Origin: Klebsormidium nitens
Taxonomy: Eukaryota; Plantae; Klebsormidiophyceae
DNA length: 64,000 nucleotides
Direction: 5' to 3'
NCBI GenBank assembly: GCA_000708835.1
Contig: DF237280.1
Location: 1 to 64,000, forward strand
Translations under genes and position numbers: made by a program
Shown: one piece after another, positions 10,601-22,475 of the stretch
How the letters are laid out: every line of letters begins with the position of its first letter
How positions within the stretch are numbered: position 1 is the stretch's first letter
Notes under the pieces: generated by a model
Seen by the model: only the letters and a program-made list of their open reading frames with translations
Databases searched by the model: none
What the model was told of the DNA's origin: nothing

Positions 10601-13067
10601 AGCTCTGGTGACTCACCAAGTCAGCCAGGGGTACCAGCGCAATGTCGTCTCCAGCAAGCGCGGGATGCGTTCGGGAGCGGACAATTCCAAACGCCCAGGA
10701 GAACGCGTCTGAAGTTGCCACCGACTGCGGCCACAGTTGGGGTTGGCTTTCGAGGATGGGGCGAACCGACTCCTCGAAGGTTCGTTCGATGAAGCTTCGG
10801 TAACTCAAGACGTTGCCGAGCAGCTGTGTGCCTGTTTTGCAATTGGATGATGGGATGAAATGACGAGAAAGGATGGGGTTTACGAGGGTTAGCAAAGGCT
10901 TACTTGTGGGAAGAAGCTTCTTAAAGACACCAAAAGAGGCCAGGACACAGATCGTCGACATGGTAAGATGCCCTCATGAAGATATCGTGAACTCCGATTG
11001 CAATATTCTTGTTGGAGGTTTCCAGGGGATACTGTATTACTGATGCGGATCGCAAGATTCAAGCAAATGATTTTACAACATGCACGCCAGCATACGGAGA
11101 AGCTTTTCGAAAGGGTGACTCTGAAGGACTTCGGGCGCTGGCATGATCTGCATAAAAGCACTGGCCGCAGGCTTACTGGAGTTTGTAACAAACTTGTCCA
11201 CGGTCGGCAGTCCCAAAGTTTGGGCGCGACACGAAGTCCGTTTCGATTTCAATGCACGTATTTGGCCGGTTAACATTCCCGGGCACTTTTGCTACGGGGA
11301 ACAACCCACATCAGCGCCCCCGATTTGGGCCGACCACATTCGTGCATCATACCTTCTCAAAATTTCCAGTATCAGCCAATTCCTGAACCTCTCAGCGCGG
11401 ACAGGTTTGGAGCATAGTCCAGTACATCAACAGTCCAGAACGAGGTCCCTGTCATCAACCTGGAATCCCTTTGAATGTTCTGAGGTCGAAGTTGGTAGAA
11501 TTTGACAGGTGGCAAGCATGATGTAGAGGAACGTACCTTCCAGCTCTTTGAGATCGTCGTCCTCCCTGCACATCAGAACACAGAGCTGGTGCTTTCAGGC
11601 CGACTACAAGACGAACACTGCTGGCAATTCAGACTGATGCTGTTTGAAACGGGCCTTCGTGATCAACAAGATAACTCGATCTTAGCATCTGCTTAGGAAA
11701 GGGAGCCACAGAAGGGACTTGTCCATCAAATCGAACCCCCTTTGCTTCCCCACGAAAACTCCATCGATGCGCACCAAGTCCTGAGCCCCCGCACCGTGAT
11801 CTGTGAATTTCTTCTGTCTTCCTCTCCCCCCCTCCATCTTATCATCCATCTTATCTTTCGAGATCACATGGCTCTCAATCTCCTAAAGACACGATCTCTT
11901 TGCAAGCAACGCAGTATAAGCAACAATGGAACCATTACAAACGGGCAGCTCACCAGAAGAAGGGGGAATCCAGCTCCTCTGGCAGTAGGTCCAAGTAGGG
12001 CCGCCACCGTGACTCGGGTTTCGCCTTCTCATGCAACAGAAACAGTGCCAGGGCGATCCAAGCGGGCAGATCTGCCAGGTGTTTTCGCACCGGTGAAGCT
12101 TGTGCGGCGCTTACGGACAAAAGCAACGACTCTGGGATTGCAAACAGCTCGTCGCGCTCATTGATTTGGGCCGTTGCTATGAGACCCAGGCCTTCAGGCA
12201 CCTGGCAAGGTTCCAAGGGGTGGGGCTTCATTCCTTTGATGTCAGTGATCAAGTTCCTTTTCAAGGCTTTCCAAGGGCAATGAATCAGAAGATTTTGCAA
12301 CGATACTTTCCTGCTTTGGTTACTTTGTAAGAAGGACTGGCGAGGTCTCGAAGATTCACGTCTATTTCATCTGATGGTGGTGGTCAAGGTGCATTCTTAG
12401 AAGAAATCTCAAGGGGCAATGAGCTGCAATCATTGACGGAATCCCCTGTCCATACTTTTTATGCTTCTGTTCACTTCATCAGAGACAGAGAGTACAATGA
12501 AAGCAGTGCACAGAGTGACGCATGGGGCCAGGAGAAGGGGGGGCAACCATGATTCAATAGAAATCACATAAGCCCCTTGAAGAAACTTTTTTTTGATGTA
12601 AACTTGCAAAGAGTCACTCAAGATGCCTCCACTAAGGCGCCTAGTGACGCCCCACCTCTGCAATGCGGAATGGTGTCTTCCCCTGTTCAACCACCCCGTT
12701 CTTCTCCAACCACTTCCAAAACTCTGCCACCTTCCGTTCCGTGTAGGCGCCCCCTGCCTGTTGCCCTTCTTTCAGTGTCGAGACTGCTGCCAACTATAGT
12801 CCGCCGCTGAGAGCGATGTTGTCCAGCAAATTGCCATGGACTGTTCCTGTGCAGCTCATCGATTCTGTGCAATGCTGCGCCGTTTCTACGTTTCTGAGCA
12901 TGTCTATGGAACTTTGGCACCGACTCAGACCTGCAATGCACAATTGTGGAACTCCTGCAACTTTGGGAGCCTCTAAGAGTTTCTCTATGGGGGATTTGGG
13001 ACCGAAAACTTTGATTGATGAGCAGCTTGCTGCATGAAGCGGACACCGTACACTCAGCACCTGTCAT
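7627..13067 (-). CDS. LSMT: Rubisco LSMT / aldolase N-methyltransferase (SET plus Rubis-subs-bind), plastid-targeted, 8 exons, ~562 aa; two apparent 1-nt frameshifts
   Basis: Exons 13067-12656, 12201-11954, 11565-11537, 10831-10617, 10278-9993, 9545-9393, 8615-8486 and 7844-7627. Motifs FWKWLEKNGV, EGLGLIA, WRPYLDLLP, ALVPLADLINH, KSNGDLALDYGF, DAFLLEAIFRD and LEYYAERRLKSLGL match plant LSMT. Exons 1 and 5 are each 1 nt too long (lesions near 12790 and 10180). Confidence 0.9.
8810..9430 (-). repeat. Tandem array, period 170 nt, 4 copies of the LSMT exon-6 3' end plus 5' splice site
   Basis: The unit core (+ strand) TGACGTCAGC.GCGGCAC...GCACGCACCGC.TCCCTGAAGATGGCCTCCAGCAGGAAGGCGTC recurs. GT donors read on the minus strand at 9392, 9222, 9052 and 8882. 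Confidence 0.9.
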
Positions 13068-13480
13068 GCTGTCAAGTCCTATTAAGAAAACCACCTTATC
13101 CCACGTGATTGTGCTCAACGTGCTCACCACAACACTGCCAAATAACCAAAGATGGCCGCCCAACTTTTCTGTGACCACCTATATTAATAATGAGTTGTGG
13201 GGTCTCTGCCAAGCTAAAACTTTAATATTGAGAATCTCAAATTGGTTCTGACCAGACCCACACACAAACCGTTTTTTGCAGAGAGATGGTTTGTGCATAA
13301 CCCGCTAGTATCCGAGCCCAAATGCAGACTCCGGGTTACTGTACAGTGTACTACCTAAACCGGATCCAAGCCGACTGACCGAGCTAGAGATAGTTGCTCC
13401 TTCTCTCCTTGCTCTTTCGAAGGTTTTGGAAATTCTGAACGCAGAGCAGTGGTGCACGCCAGGCCGCAGGCGACGCCATC
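13068..13480. promoter_or_regulatory. Candidate bidirectional promoter between LSMT (-) and UBE4/PUB1 (+)
   Basis: The divergent start codons are 413 nt apart. TGGGCT (site II-like) lies on the minus strand at ~13315. Confidence 0.45.
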
Positions 13481-16400
13481 ATGGCGACCCTTCAATCCAC
13501 ACCCTCCTCCAAGGCCCCCGACAAGAGCAAGACCTCCCCTCGCAGCGCGCAGCAATCCCCCGCGGTCATGGAAGATGCGACGCTCTCACGAGTGCTGCAA
13601 GTCACGCTCACCTACCCCGAGAACAACCAGGCCCTTCCGGTGTACATGGAGCAACTAGCGGCAGAGATGCTTTCGGAGGGGCACGAGCTGCTGCTGGCCC
13701 GGGGGGATCTCGAGAGGATTCTAATGGACAGATTGTCCATGCCGCAGGAGACGCTCCAGAAGGATGCGCAGGAGACGCCGCTCAAGTATCTGGTGGAGAG
13801 CTACCGGCGAGCGGGGGATGAGGCGAGGAGGGTCAGGGCGTCCAGGAATAAGGAGCTGGTCGCGCAGCTGCAGGTGAAAAGCTAGGCAGACAGCAGCTTA
13901 TTGGCGCATCATGAGGAGAATTTCATGAGAGAGGTTGCAACTTGATTGTTGCTAAGCGTTCTGATGGTGGTCTGGTGAGGGTTTTGGTTAGCTTGTGCAT
14001 GGCGCCTTCTGAAAACTTCGTTCAAATGCTATGCTGCTGGCGAAAATTGAACCTCTATTGAGGAATCTTTGATCTGCCACTAAACTTAGCAAGGACAACC
14101 TTCCATTTGTTTTCATGACATGACCACTCCAACCAGAAAAACACAACCTGATGAGTTTCCTTTTCCAAATCCAGGACACGCTCGCCACCGCTAAGGACCT
14201 ACTCGTCTCCTACACGGGCCTTATGCTGCAGCATCCCGACATGTTTCCCCAGCCCCGCCCTAGCAGAACCGCCCGCAACACCCTCTCCCTCCTTGACCTC
14301 ATCGTCCCCTCATCCGAAGCCAGCCCCCTAGGGTTTCCTTCTTCCGGGGGGGCCGCCGGCCTGCCCCCAGGGTTTCTCGACCAACTGGTGCAGCGATTTG
14401 AGTCTGAGGGGCTAGAGGAGATATTCACCCCTGTCTTCTCAGAGCTCCCGGGGCGGCTTGTCAATGTGTCCCCCCTCGGCCCATTCCAAGGCCCGCTCAA
14501 AGCGCTCGCCACTCTAGTTGCTTACCCGGCAGTCGCCAAAGTCCTGGTCGCCCATCCAAAGTGGCTGCCGAAAGTGCCGAACGGGCGGATGCTGGAGCTG
14601 TCGAGCATCCTCGGGCCGTTCCTGCGGCTGTCCGTCTTCCCGGACGTGTTCAGCGGCGGGAAACCGGACGTCGTCCAGCAGTGCTTCGACGGGGACATGC
14701 TCGAGATCAACCCGAAGCGGCAGCAGGAGATGCTCGCGAGCCAGGTCTCGCTGAGGTCGCTCCTGGGCCAGTTGCACGAGGGGCTGCACGAGGTGTTCCT
14801 CGCGCTGCTGCGGAAACCGGACACGCGGGAGCGGGCCCTCGAGTACATCGCGGCGGTCATCACGGCAAACGAGGGGCGGAGCAAAATGCAGGCGGACGTG
14901 CAGGCGGTGGCGAGCCACAGCTTCTTCCACAACCTGGGGGCGGTGATGCTGAAGCTGTGCGAGCCGTTCCTGGACCCTGCATCGAACAAGAAGGACCGGA
15001 TCGACCCCGGGTACGTCCTCCAAAACGTGCGCGTCAACTTCAAGGACCTGACGGCGCTCGCAGCGTCGTCGGAAGAAGTCGCCTCGTGGGTCGACAAGCG
15101 GAATTACGCTCGGACGGAGGGGTTCAGGGTGCTGCAGCAAGAACAGGAGCAAGAGGAGCTGCGGCGGCTGTCGGCGCAGGGGGCCACGAGCTCTGCGCCC
15201 GCCCAAAACGCCAGGAATCCGGGCAGTAGGAGGGCGTCGGGGTCGACGCCCCCGTCTCCTGGGGGGGGGCAGGGGTACCACTTCATTTGCGAGTGCTTCT
15301 TTCTGACGGCGCGGGCGCTGAACCTGGGGCTGGCGAAGATCTTGTCGGAATACCATCACTTGACTCAGGTGAGACTCGGTCTCCTATGGGCGGGTCCAAG
15401 GTCGCTCTACAGGCTTTCATGATCTTGGAAAACCAAGGCTGGGAGTGCGCCTGGGTTGCGATTCGCCTGTTCATATTTGTTCATAAGATGGGTCAGTTAG
15501 TCAAAAGCAGCCCTGAAACGCTCAAAGCTATACTGTATCTTAGGCCCACCTATGACAAACTGCAGAGGTTTTCCTCCAGAAACCTTTCAGATTCTAACAC
15601 CATGGAAATGGCTTCCAAGCGGGTGGTGAGGAAGGGACCGTGATGTTTCAGATCCCTTGCGCTTGCATGCACTGGCGTGCTGAGCATAGCTTATGCGAAT
15701 CGAGGAGGCCCGCAAGAGCAACATTGAGTTACTCCTTTGAACCTGAGCATCCGGTGGCGAACGCCGTCAGCAGCTGTCAACGACACTTGACGACTCTCTT
15801 TGGAGTTTTGGGTTCCAAAGACGTTCACCTGACGGAGAAGAATAAGCACCGGAAGCCTGATGGGAGCAAGTCTTGACGACCTTCTTTGGAGTTTTGGGAT
15901 CCAAAGACTTTCACCTTCTTTCTGCTGACCGAAAGTAAGCACCAGAAGGCTGTCTGTATCGATAAGAGCAAGTCTTGATACGCCCTTATGCGAAATGTCC
16001 AGACGCTTGGGCGCATGATGCCGACGTACAAGCGGCTCGCTGCGGCGAAGGAGGCGGGGACGCTGAGCCCCCAGGAGGCAGCGCAGCTGGAGCAGTACAA
16101 AAAGGGCGTCACCCAGCGCATCCAAATGCAGCTGCTCTTTGAGACGGCCCTTAGCGACGTGTCATTCATCCAGGTCGGTTGCCTTACGCAGCTTGCACGG
16201 GTCATGTAGCCAAACCGGTGCGGCTGCTTCGATCAGACTGGGGTTGTTCATCTTGGGACTTCGCAAAAATCTTCAAGATTCTGCAACACACATTTGTTTC
16301 GGTACCCGCTGAAGCAATGCTCTGGTAGCGGCTGCACGCACATCTTTCTCGTTGATCACATCGCCCAGCAACTTGTCCGTCAATTTCAAAGCCTCACCTT

Positions 16401-19400
16401 TTCTTTTGTGCCAAGCTATGCTCTCGATTCTCACCTTGCGTTTGTGTTGGGCGTAGCAAGCTCTTCCTCCAGTAAATTTCACACATGAGGCAGCCTTACG
16501 ACCTGCTCGAGTCACGAGCGTGGCTGAATCTTCGTTCGCCCATCACGCCTCCCTTGACAGTCCCGGCTTTTTTTTGGTGGCCGTGCCTGAATGCAAAGGG
16601 GCGCACAACAGCGGTCTGCTAAACAGCCGGAAGCGAGCGCACGCTGTGAACCGCCGAGATCAGCAGACCGACATCTTGCTTTTGATGATGATACGGTTTA
16701 GTCACCTGCTTCGCCCGTTTGTGCTTCGTCATGAACAGTGTCAACTACTTTCCTGGGGCACGATGTGATACGCGCCGTATTGAGGCAGCCTTCGCATATG
16801 GGTTTGCATGACGAGGTGTCAAGAGGAAGTTTTCCTGTGGATACCTTTGCTTCGTGGTTGGGCGGTGATTGCTGTTGGCGCTTTCAGCATTGCGTTTGAC
16901 CCCTTCCGCACGCCTAATGACTCATGGACGCAAACTGTACTGGAAGAGGAAACAGGGCCCTGCGCCAATCGCAACTTGGTTGAGCCTTCTACTTGCACAA
17001 TTGGTTCAATGCTTCTAATCCATTCCTTCAACGCAATTCTTGAGTTAGTCCTTCTTCAATCCACCAGCTCTATTCGGTATTGCAGTCTGGCATGAGCTAC
17101 TACCGCTTGATGGCCATGTGGCTGGCGGACCAGGCCGGGGGGCTCCGGGTGCCCCTGCCGGTAACCCCCCCCATGGAGTTCTCGTCCATGCCCGAGCATT
17201 TTGTGGAGGACATGGACGATCTGCTACTCTACGTTGCGCGGCGGGCGCCTCGAGCATTCGAAGGCGCAAATTTGGTGAGGCTATGGGAGCTTAGCGGGTT
17301 GAGTTCTACTTTTGAACAGCTCGTTCGGTAGCTTCGGGTGAACAACTGGAATTTTTGCAAATCTAAGGTTTGCTTCGGGCAATTCTGTTTCTGACCCCTT
17401 CTGACCCCGTCCGAAGGTCCTCAGAAGAAGAGCGGTCGGGGGCAGAAATTTGCCTACGTCCATGGCGTGTATCCCTTCCAAAAAGCGAGAGAGACTCGCG
17501 GATTTTTGTCAACGTGTCGACGTGTTGTTCTTCCTTTGTCGGGCCACCAGAGCTCATATTCCTCCGACGCCTCCACCCAATTTCCTTTTGCATCGTCGAA
17601 AGCACCATAGCATGCAAGAAGGAAGGTTGCTCAATCCTTTAGTCGACCTACAGCTGACACAAGTACCGGTTCTCTATTGCCCCCCGCAGGAGGACCTCAC
17701 GAGCTTCATGGTGGTATTCCTGGGCAGCCCGCTGCACATGAAGAACCCGTACCTGCGCTCCAAGTTTGTGGAGATTCTCGCGGACTGGCTGCCCGACCGG
17801 TGTCCCACCGGAAGCATCCGCACCATCATGACCGGCCTCTTTGAGGGGCACCCCCTCGCGATCCAGTCTTTGGTGCCCAACCTGCTGCGCCTGTACGTGG
17901 ATATCGAGTTTACAGGGTCGCACACGCAGGTGAGACTTGAACGTGGCGGAAGACGCTTGTGGTGTTTGGAAGAAGAGGGGTGGAGTACTTTTGTTCTGTA
18001 GTTGCGGGTCCCAAAGGGAAGGGAAGGGGTTTACGAGGGAGGGGTCTGAGGGGGACGTTACTCCGCTGGTGCGAATCACAGCAGAGCATTGGAGGGAAGC
18101 TTCGATAAGTGAGAACATTTGGGTGCTTAGGTAAGGAACTTAGGTGAGAACTTAGGAGGGGTTAAGAGTTGGCACGCATCAAGCAATGGGGGGTTCTTTT
18201 CTCTTTTTCTGCTCGTCTGCAGCTTCAAGTGTGATAGATACTGCCCCTCGACAGTGCTCGCTCAAAGACCAAGTATCAGAAGTAATCCGGAACTGCAGAA
18301 TGGAAGGGGGAAAGGGGGAGCGAATGCTAAACGAATTGAACTTTCCTGTTCGCTGCAGTGGCATGAGAAGTTCAACATCCGGCACAACTTCGCAAATAGT
18401 CTAGAGTATTTGTGTGTGGAACTGCGAAGCACAAGGGAAAAAGGGCAAACGGATTCTGGACAAACTGAATCTCCTTTTCGCCGCAGTTCTACGACAAGTT
18501 CAACATCCGGCACAACATCGCAAACATCCTGGAGTACCTGTGGAAGGTGCCCGCGCACCAGGCGGCGTGGCAGCGCTTTGCGGTGGCGGAGGAAAAGGGC
18601 TTCTACCTGCGCTTCATCAACATGCTGGCAAACGACGCCATCTATCTCCTAGACGAAGCGCTACGAACCATCCCCGAACTCAAGGAGACCGAAGAGGATA
18701 TGGCCGACACCGAGCGGTAAGCGAACTGGTCTTCAAATGAGCACGGAATGGTCAACGGACTGGTTTTCTCTGAGTAGTTAAGCGGACTGGCCTTGTCTGG
18801 GCAGAAATAGAGGGTAGGCGGACTGGTTAGCTGAGCACGTTAGTGGGCGAAGTCTGGTGCTGACGACAAGGAAATCTGGGAGCCTTTTGGCCGTGCAGCG
18901 GGTTGTAGAGGCCGGTGGGCGAGTTGGGTTCTTTTTGAGGTCTTCGACAGAAGCTTAGGCTATAATTCGATTGCGATCGGTTTCGGCATATGATGGGGAA
19001 GGGCTGCGATGCATGGTCTGCGAAGTGGGCTCATGTTCATGCGAAAGAATATACAGATTTGCTTGAGGAGTTTGAGATGCAATTCCGAGGCTTGCGTTTG
19101 AAAAGGAGGAGTTGCCAACAGAGTGAGGTGGGCAGGTGGGTCTCTTATAAGCCCTAGCCGATGGTCTTAAGCATCTTCTCAAAGAGGCTGTTCATCCTAG
19201 CAGGGCCGATGAAAGACTCTTTCGACTAGGGCCTGCTATGGTAGTCAGAGTTGTTAGAACAGCAGGCGCTCTATTCTTATGGACTATGGGAAAGAAGGGA
19301 GCCCAAAAGGACAGGCTAGATGGGCTAAAACATAAGAACTTGTTGAGGCCTGACCTTCGGGTGGCTTCGCTGGTCCAGGATGGTATCATCAGCGGAAAAC

Positions 19401-21856
19401 GTGACGGCAGACATGACCGGATCGATAGACGTTGGTCATTTGAGATTCTCAAGATGCTGGACACGAGTTACTTGTGGAGATGTTGCCAAGCGTGTTATTC
19501 TTTGCCGTGCACTTTCTTTATTAAGGCACCATGTGCAGGTGGCAAGCTCAGCCGGCTGAGACGCGGACGGAGCGGGAGGAGATGTACCAGCGGAACATCC
19601 AGAACGTCAAGTGAGTGCTCGGCGACTGGCGGCAGAGCTAGATGCTGGAGGTCGCTCTATCGGGAAGCATGCTTTGCAGCGTCTAGTCACTTGAGTTGGC
19701 AGCCTTGTCTGAGGTTGTTCAAGAGTATCATGACGTGCTTCAGACAAGTTGCTTTTAGGCTGGCGACAGGTGGGCTGGAAATAGGTGGACAATGTCGCTG
19801 GACAAGCAACCTTGCATCCGAGGAACAGTGTATAGGTTTCAAACTCCGGAAAAACGTCGTTCAAGAGGAAGAAGAATGGAATCGAAGGGAAGCAGCGAGA
19901 ACGAATAGCGATACCCAAAAGTATAAACAAGGGTCAACTCTCAAACACGGACTACAAACAAACAATCAGACGAACAAGAAGCAAGAAGAAGGAACAACCT
20001 TTGAACAAGAAAGTACAAAGAACAGAAAAGCAAACGAACAAGGACCAAGAACGGGACCCAACAATCACACTCGTCGCTCTCCCCCAGGTGGGACATGCAG
20101 CTAGCCGGCAAGCACCTGGAGATGCTGGGCTACACGTCGGCGCTGATCGTGGCGCCGCTGCTGCTGCCCGAGATGGTGGAGCGCCTCGCGGCCATGCTCA
20201 ACTACTTTTTGCTGCAGCTAACGGGCCCGCAGCGCAAGGTGCTCAAAGTCAAGGACCCCGAGAAGTACGGCTTCAAGCCGCGCGAGCTGCTCGGACAGGT
20301 GCGCGCACATCAGTCTCGATCCTGCGGTAAAGCAGGCCTACGTTAAGTGGAGTCGGTACCCCAGGCTCGCACGAACTCACGAAGTGAACCAAAGGCTAAG
20401 ACGCTTTGCATCGGCACTGATCGTGAATCTCAAGCCACCCGGCCGCCCGGCGGTGCCCTAAAGTCAACGTGCCCTGTCTCGACGTACATTTGACACGTAC
20501 AGCGCACTACACAGAACGGTCGGGCGTTGTTGGTTGTTTTTGCGGCTGCCTGTGCTCGAGAAGCGGGCTCTTTGAATGCATCGGGACTGCTCCATTATGA
20601 TCTGGGGGCGAGTCGCAGAAAAAACGAAATGATAGGACAAAGCTGTGGGTTTCAGAGGCAACGGCTGGGACGGCTGCTTGAACGCCTCGTCCGTTGCTTG
20701 TGGTGAGGAACCAACTTGGCTTGTATACTCTTACGCTTTCAAGCATTCCTACTTAATTGACTACAGCGGGAGCAAGGTCCGGAAGGATAGGCAGCAAAGT
20801 GCTGTTTGGACGACGTTTTGGATTACGTAGCAGGCTGATACGCCGCTCGTTATCATGTGGGTGGGTGTGGAAATGCGTCGCAGACTGTTACTCTGCCTTA
20901 CACTTCGCATCCCCTCTTTTAGCCCCCCAGATCGAGGACATTTTAAGTTAACATCTTCCTGACGATGTAAAATGCACGCTTCCCGGCTCGTTATTTTCTG
21001 GAAACCTTTGAGATACGTCGCAGAATGTTATTCTGCCTTACACTTTCGCAACCCCTCTTTTACTCCCGCCCCAGATCGTGGACATCTACGTCAATATCTT
21101 CCGCGGCGACCGCGACGACGCGTTCGCGTCTGCGGTGGGCGCCGACGAGCGCTCGTACCGCGAGGAGGCGTTTCCGGAGACCGCGGACCTGCTGCGGACG
21201 CACATGCTGCGTCCGGAGCCGACCGTCCGGTCCTTCGCGGAGCTTGGGGAGAAAGTGCGCGGGCTGCGCTCGGAGGCGATGGACATCGAGGGCGCGCTGG
21301 GTGAAATTCCGGACGAGTTTCTGGACCCGATCATGGGCACGCTGATGAAGGACCCCGTGATATTACCGAGTTCCCAGACCGTGGTGGATCGGGCGGTTAT
21401 TCTGCGGCACCTGCTCAGCGATCAGGTGAGTGGGAGGTGCGGGTGGAAAGTGTACGGAGCATTGAAAGGGATCCCCCTTGTTTACGATGGATGGTAAATG
21501 GAGGGGTCGGGTGAAGTTTTCTTTGGAGGAGGCAGGCGGTTTGCTTGCTTTGTTGTTCCGTGTTTTGGTGGACAGGAATACGGGCTTGTCTTTGAAAAAG
21601 CAGACAAGAATACGGGCTTGTCAAGGACGTTGTCTCGCTTCTACTTCTGGTTCTGCTCCGAAGCTGTTTTGCACCGGCGCCAGGAAGGTTCTTGTCGAGC
21701 AATGAGTCCGTTGGAGTGTTCGACTGAGAGCGTGTGTTTGCGGCGACCTTGCAGAAAGACCCCTTCAACCGGAGCTTCCTTAAGGCCGAGATGCTGCAGC
21801 CCGATACAGAGCTGAAGGCCAAAATCGACGCGTTCTTGGCCGAGCATCGCCAGTAG
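13481..21856 (+). CDS. PUB1: Ubiquitin conjugation factor E4 (UFD2/UBE4/PUB1; Ufd2P core plus U-box), 10 exons, 1050 aa
   Basis: Exons 13481-13873, 14175-15368, 16003-16173, 17086-17274, 17690-17929, 18487-18716, 19539-19610, 20088-20298, 21075-21425 and 21755-21856 (3153 nt, all phases match). Motifs [42 protein letters not shown] and the U-box [23 protein letters not shown]...DPFNR. Confidence 0.97.
15780..15990. repeat. Intronic tandem repeat, ~2.2 units of 85-100 nt, just upstream of the UBE4 exon-3 acceptor
   Basis: CTTGACGAC..TCTTTGGAGTTTTGGG.TCCAAAGAC.TTCACCT...TAAGCACC.GAAG...GAGCAAGT occurs twice, with a partial third copy. Confidence 0.85.
18350..18430 (+). repeat. Degenerate copy of the UBE4 exon-6 acceptor and exon start, 128 nt upstream of the real one
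   Basis: TGCAG|TGGCATGAGAAGTTCAACATCCGGCACAACTTCGCA versus the real CGCAG|TTCTACGACAAGTTCAACATCCGGCACAACATCGCA; 21 nt identical. Confidence 0.9.
20865..20950 (+). repeat. Degenerate copy of the UBE4 exon-9 acceptor region, 144 nt upstream of the real one
   Basis: CGTCGCAGA.TGTTA.TCTGCCTTACACTT.CGCA.CCCCTCTTTTA...CCCCAG|ATCG.GGACAT occurs at both 20877-20941 and 21017-21085. Confidence 0.9.
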
Positions 21857-22344
21857 GAGCGTGTCTTCAGAATTGTCGTCACCTAGAACGAATCATGAGC
21901 GGACACGGACAAACGAGGTAACTGTACATACTGACAGAGTTTCAAAAATACGTATACTCATTTAAGTCTCATGAATATACCGTTCATCTACAGTATTCCT
22001 ACGTCTCATCTAAGTATTCCTAAGTCGCCGGGGCCTAAGTTCGACATCCAAACTCCAATGCATTACAAAGGCCAATTGTCACCGTTTTCGGAGCTCTCCG
22101 GGGCCGGAATGCTGTAAAAGAAATGTTTGTATGTTATAAAATATCTAACTTCGTTCTTCGACTCCTGCAAGTCCTGAGTATGTATGGGTGATTGAAGTAC
22201 CTACCTAAATTGCGTATACAGTTGTTCCGGTAAGTCTCATGCAAGATACCGTTCTTGATCTATAGTACCATATGCAGCGATATAGGAGTTCATCTTTTCA
22301 ACATGGCTCGCGCCCAAGGGGCATGCAGCAGTATGTCTCTGCAA

Positions 22345-22475
22345 TTTAGCAAAAGTAAGCTCTAGCAATAGTAAGCTCCTGCACTAACACTAAAACCTAA
22401 CCCACAGAATCACCCGCTCCGCACCCGGACCCACCCTATAACCCCCAAACTAACTGTACCCGTTCCAGGCTGGCC
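22345..22475 (+). repeat. Short dispersed repeat, copy 1 (putative non-autonomous element)
   Basis: AGTAAGCT x2, then TAAAACCTAACC, AATCACCCGCTCCGCACCCGGACCCACC and CCAGGCTGG. Related copies lie at ~28880-29010 and ~50535-50655. Confidence 0.65.

Noticed and set aside
19860-20075. (AAC/AAG)-rich tract as a coding repeat
   Set aside because: Lies wholly within UBE4 intron 7, between phase-matched exons; simple low-complexity DNA.
19238-20104. 288-aa ORF
   Set aside because: It runs through UBE4 introns 6-7, crosses the true 72-nt exon in another frame, and owes its length to A/C-rich low-complexity intron DNA.
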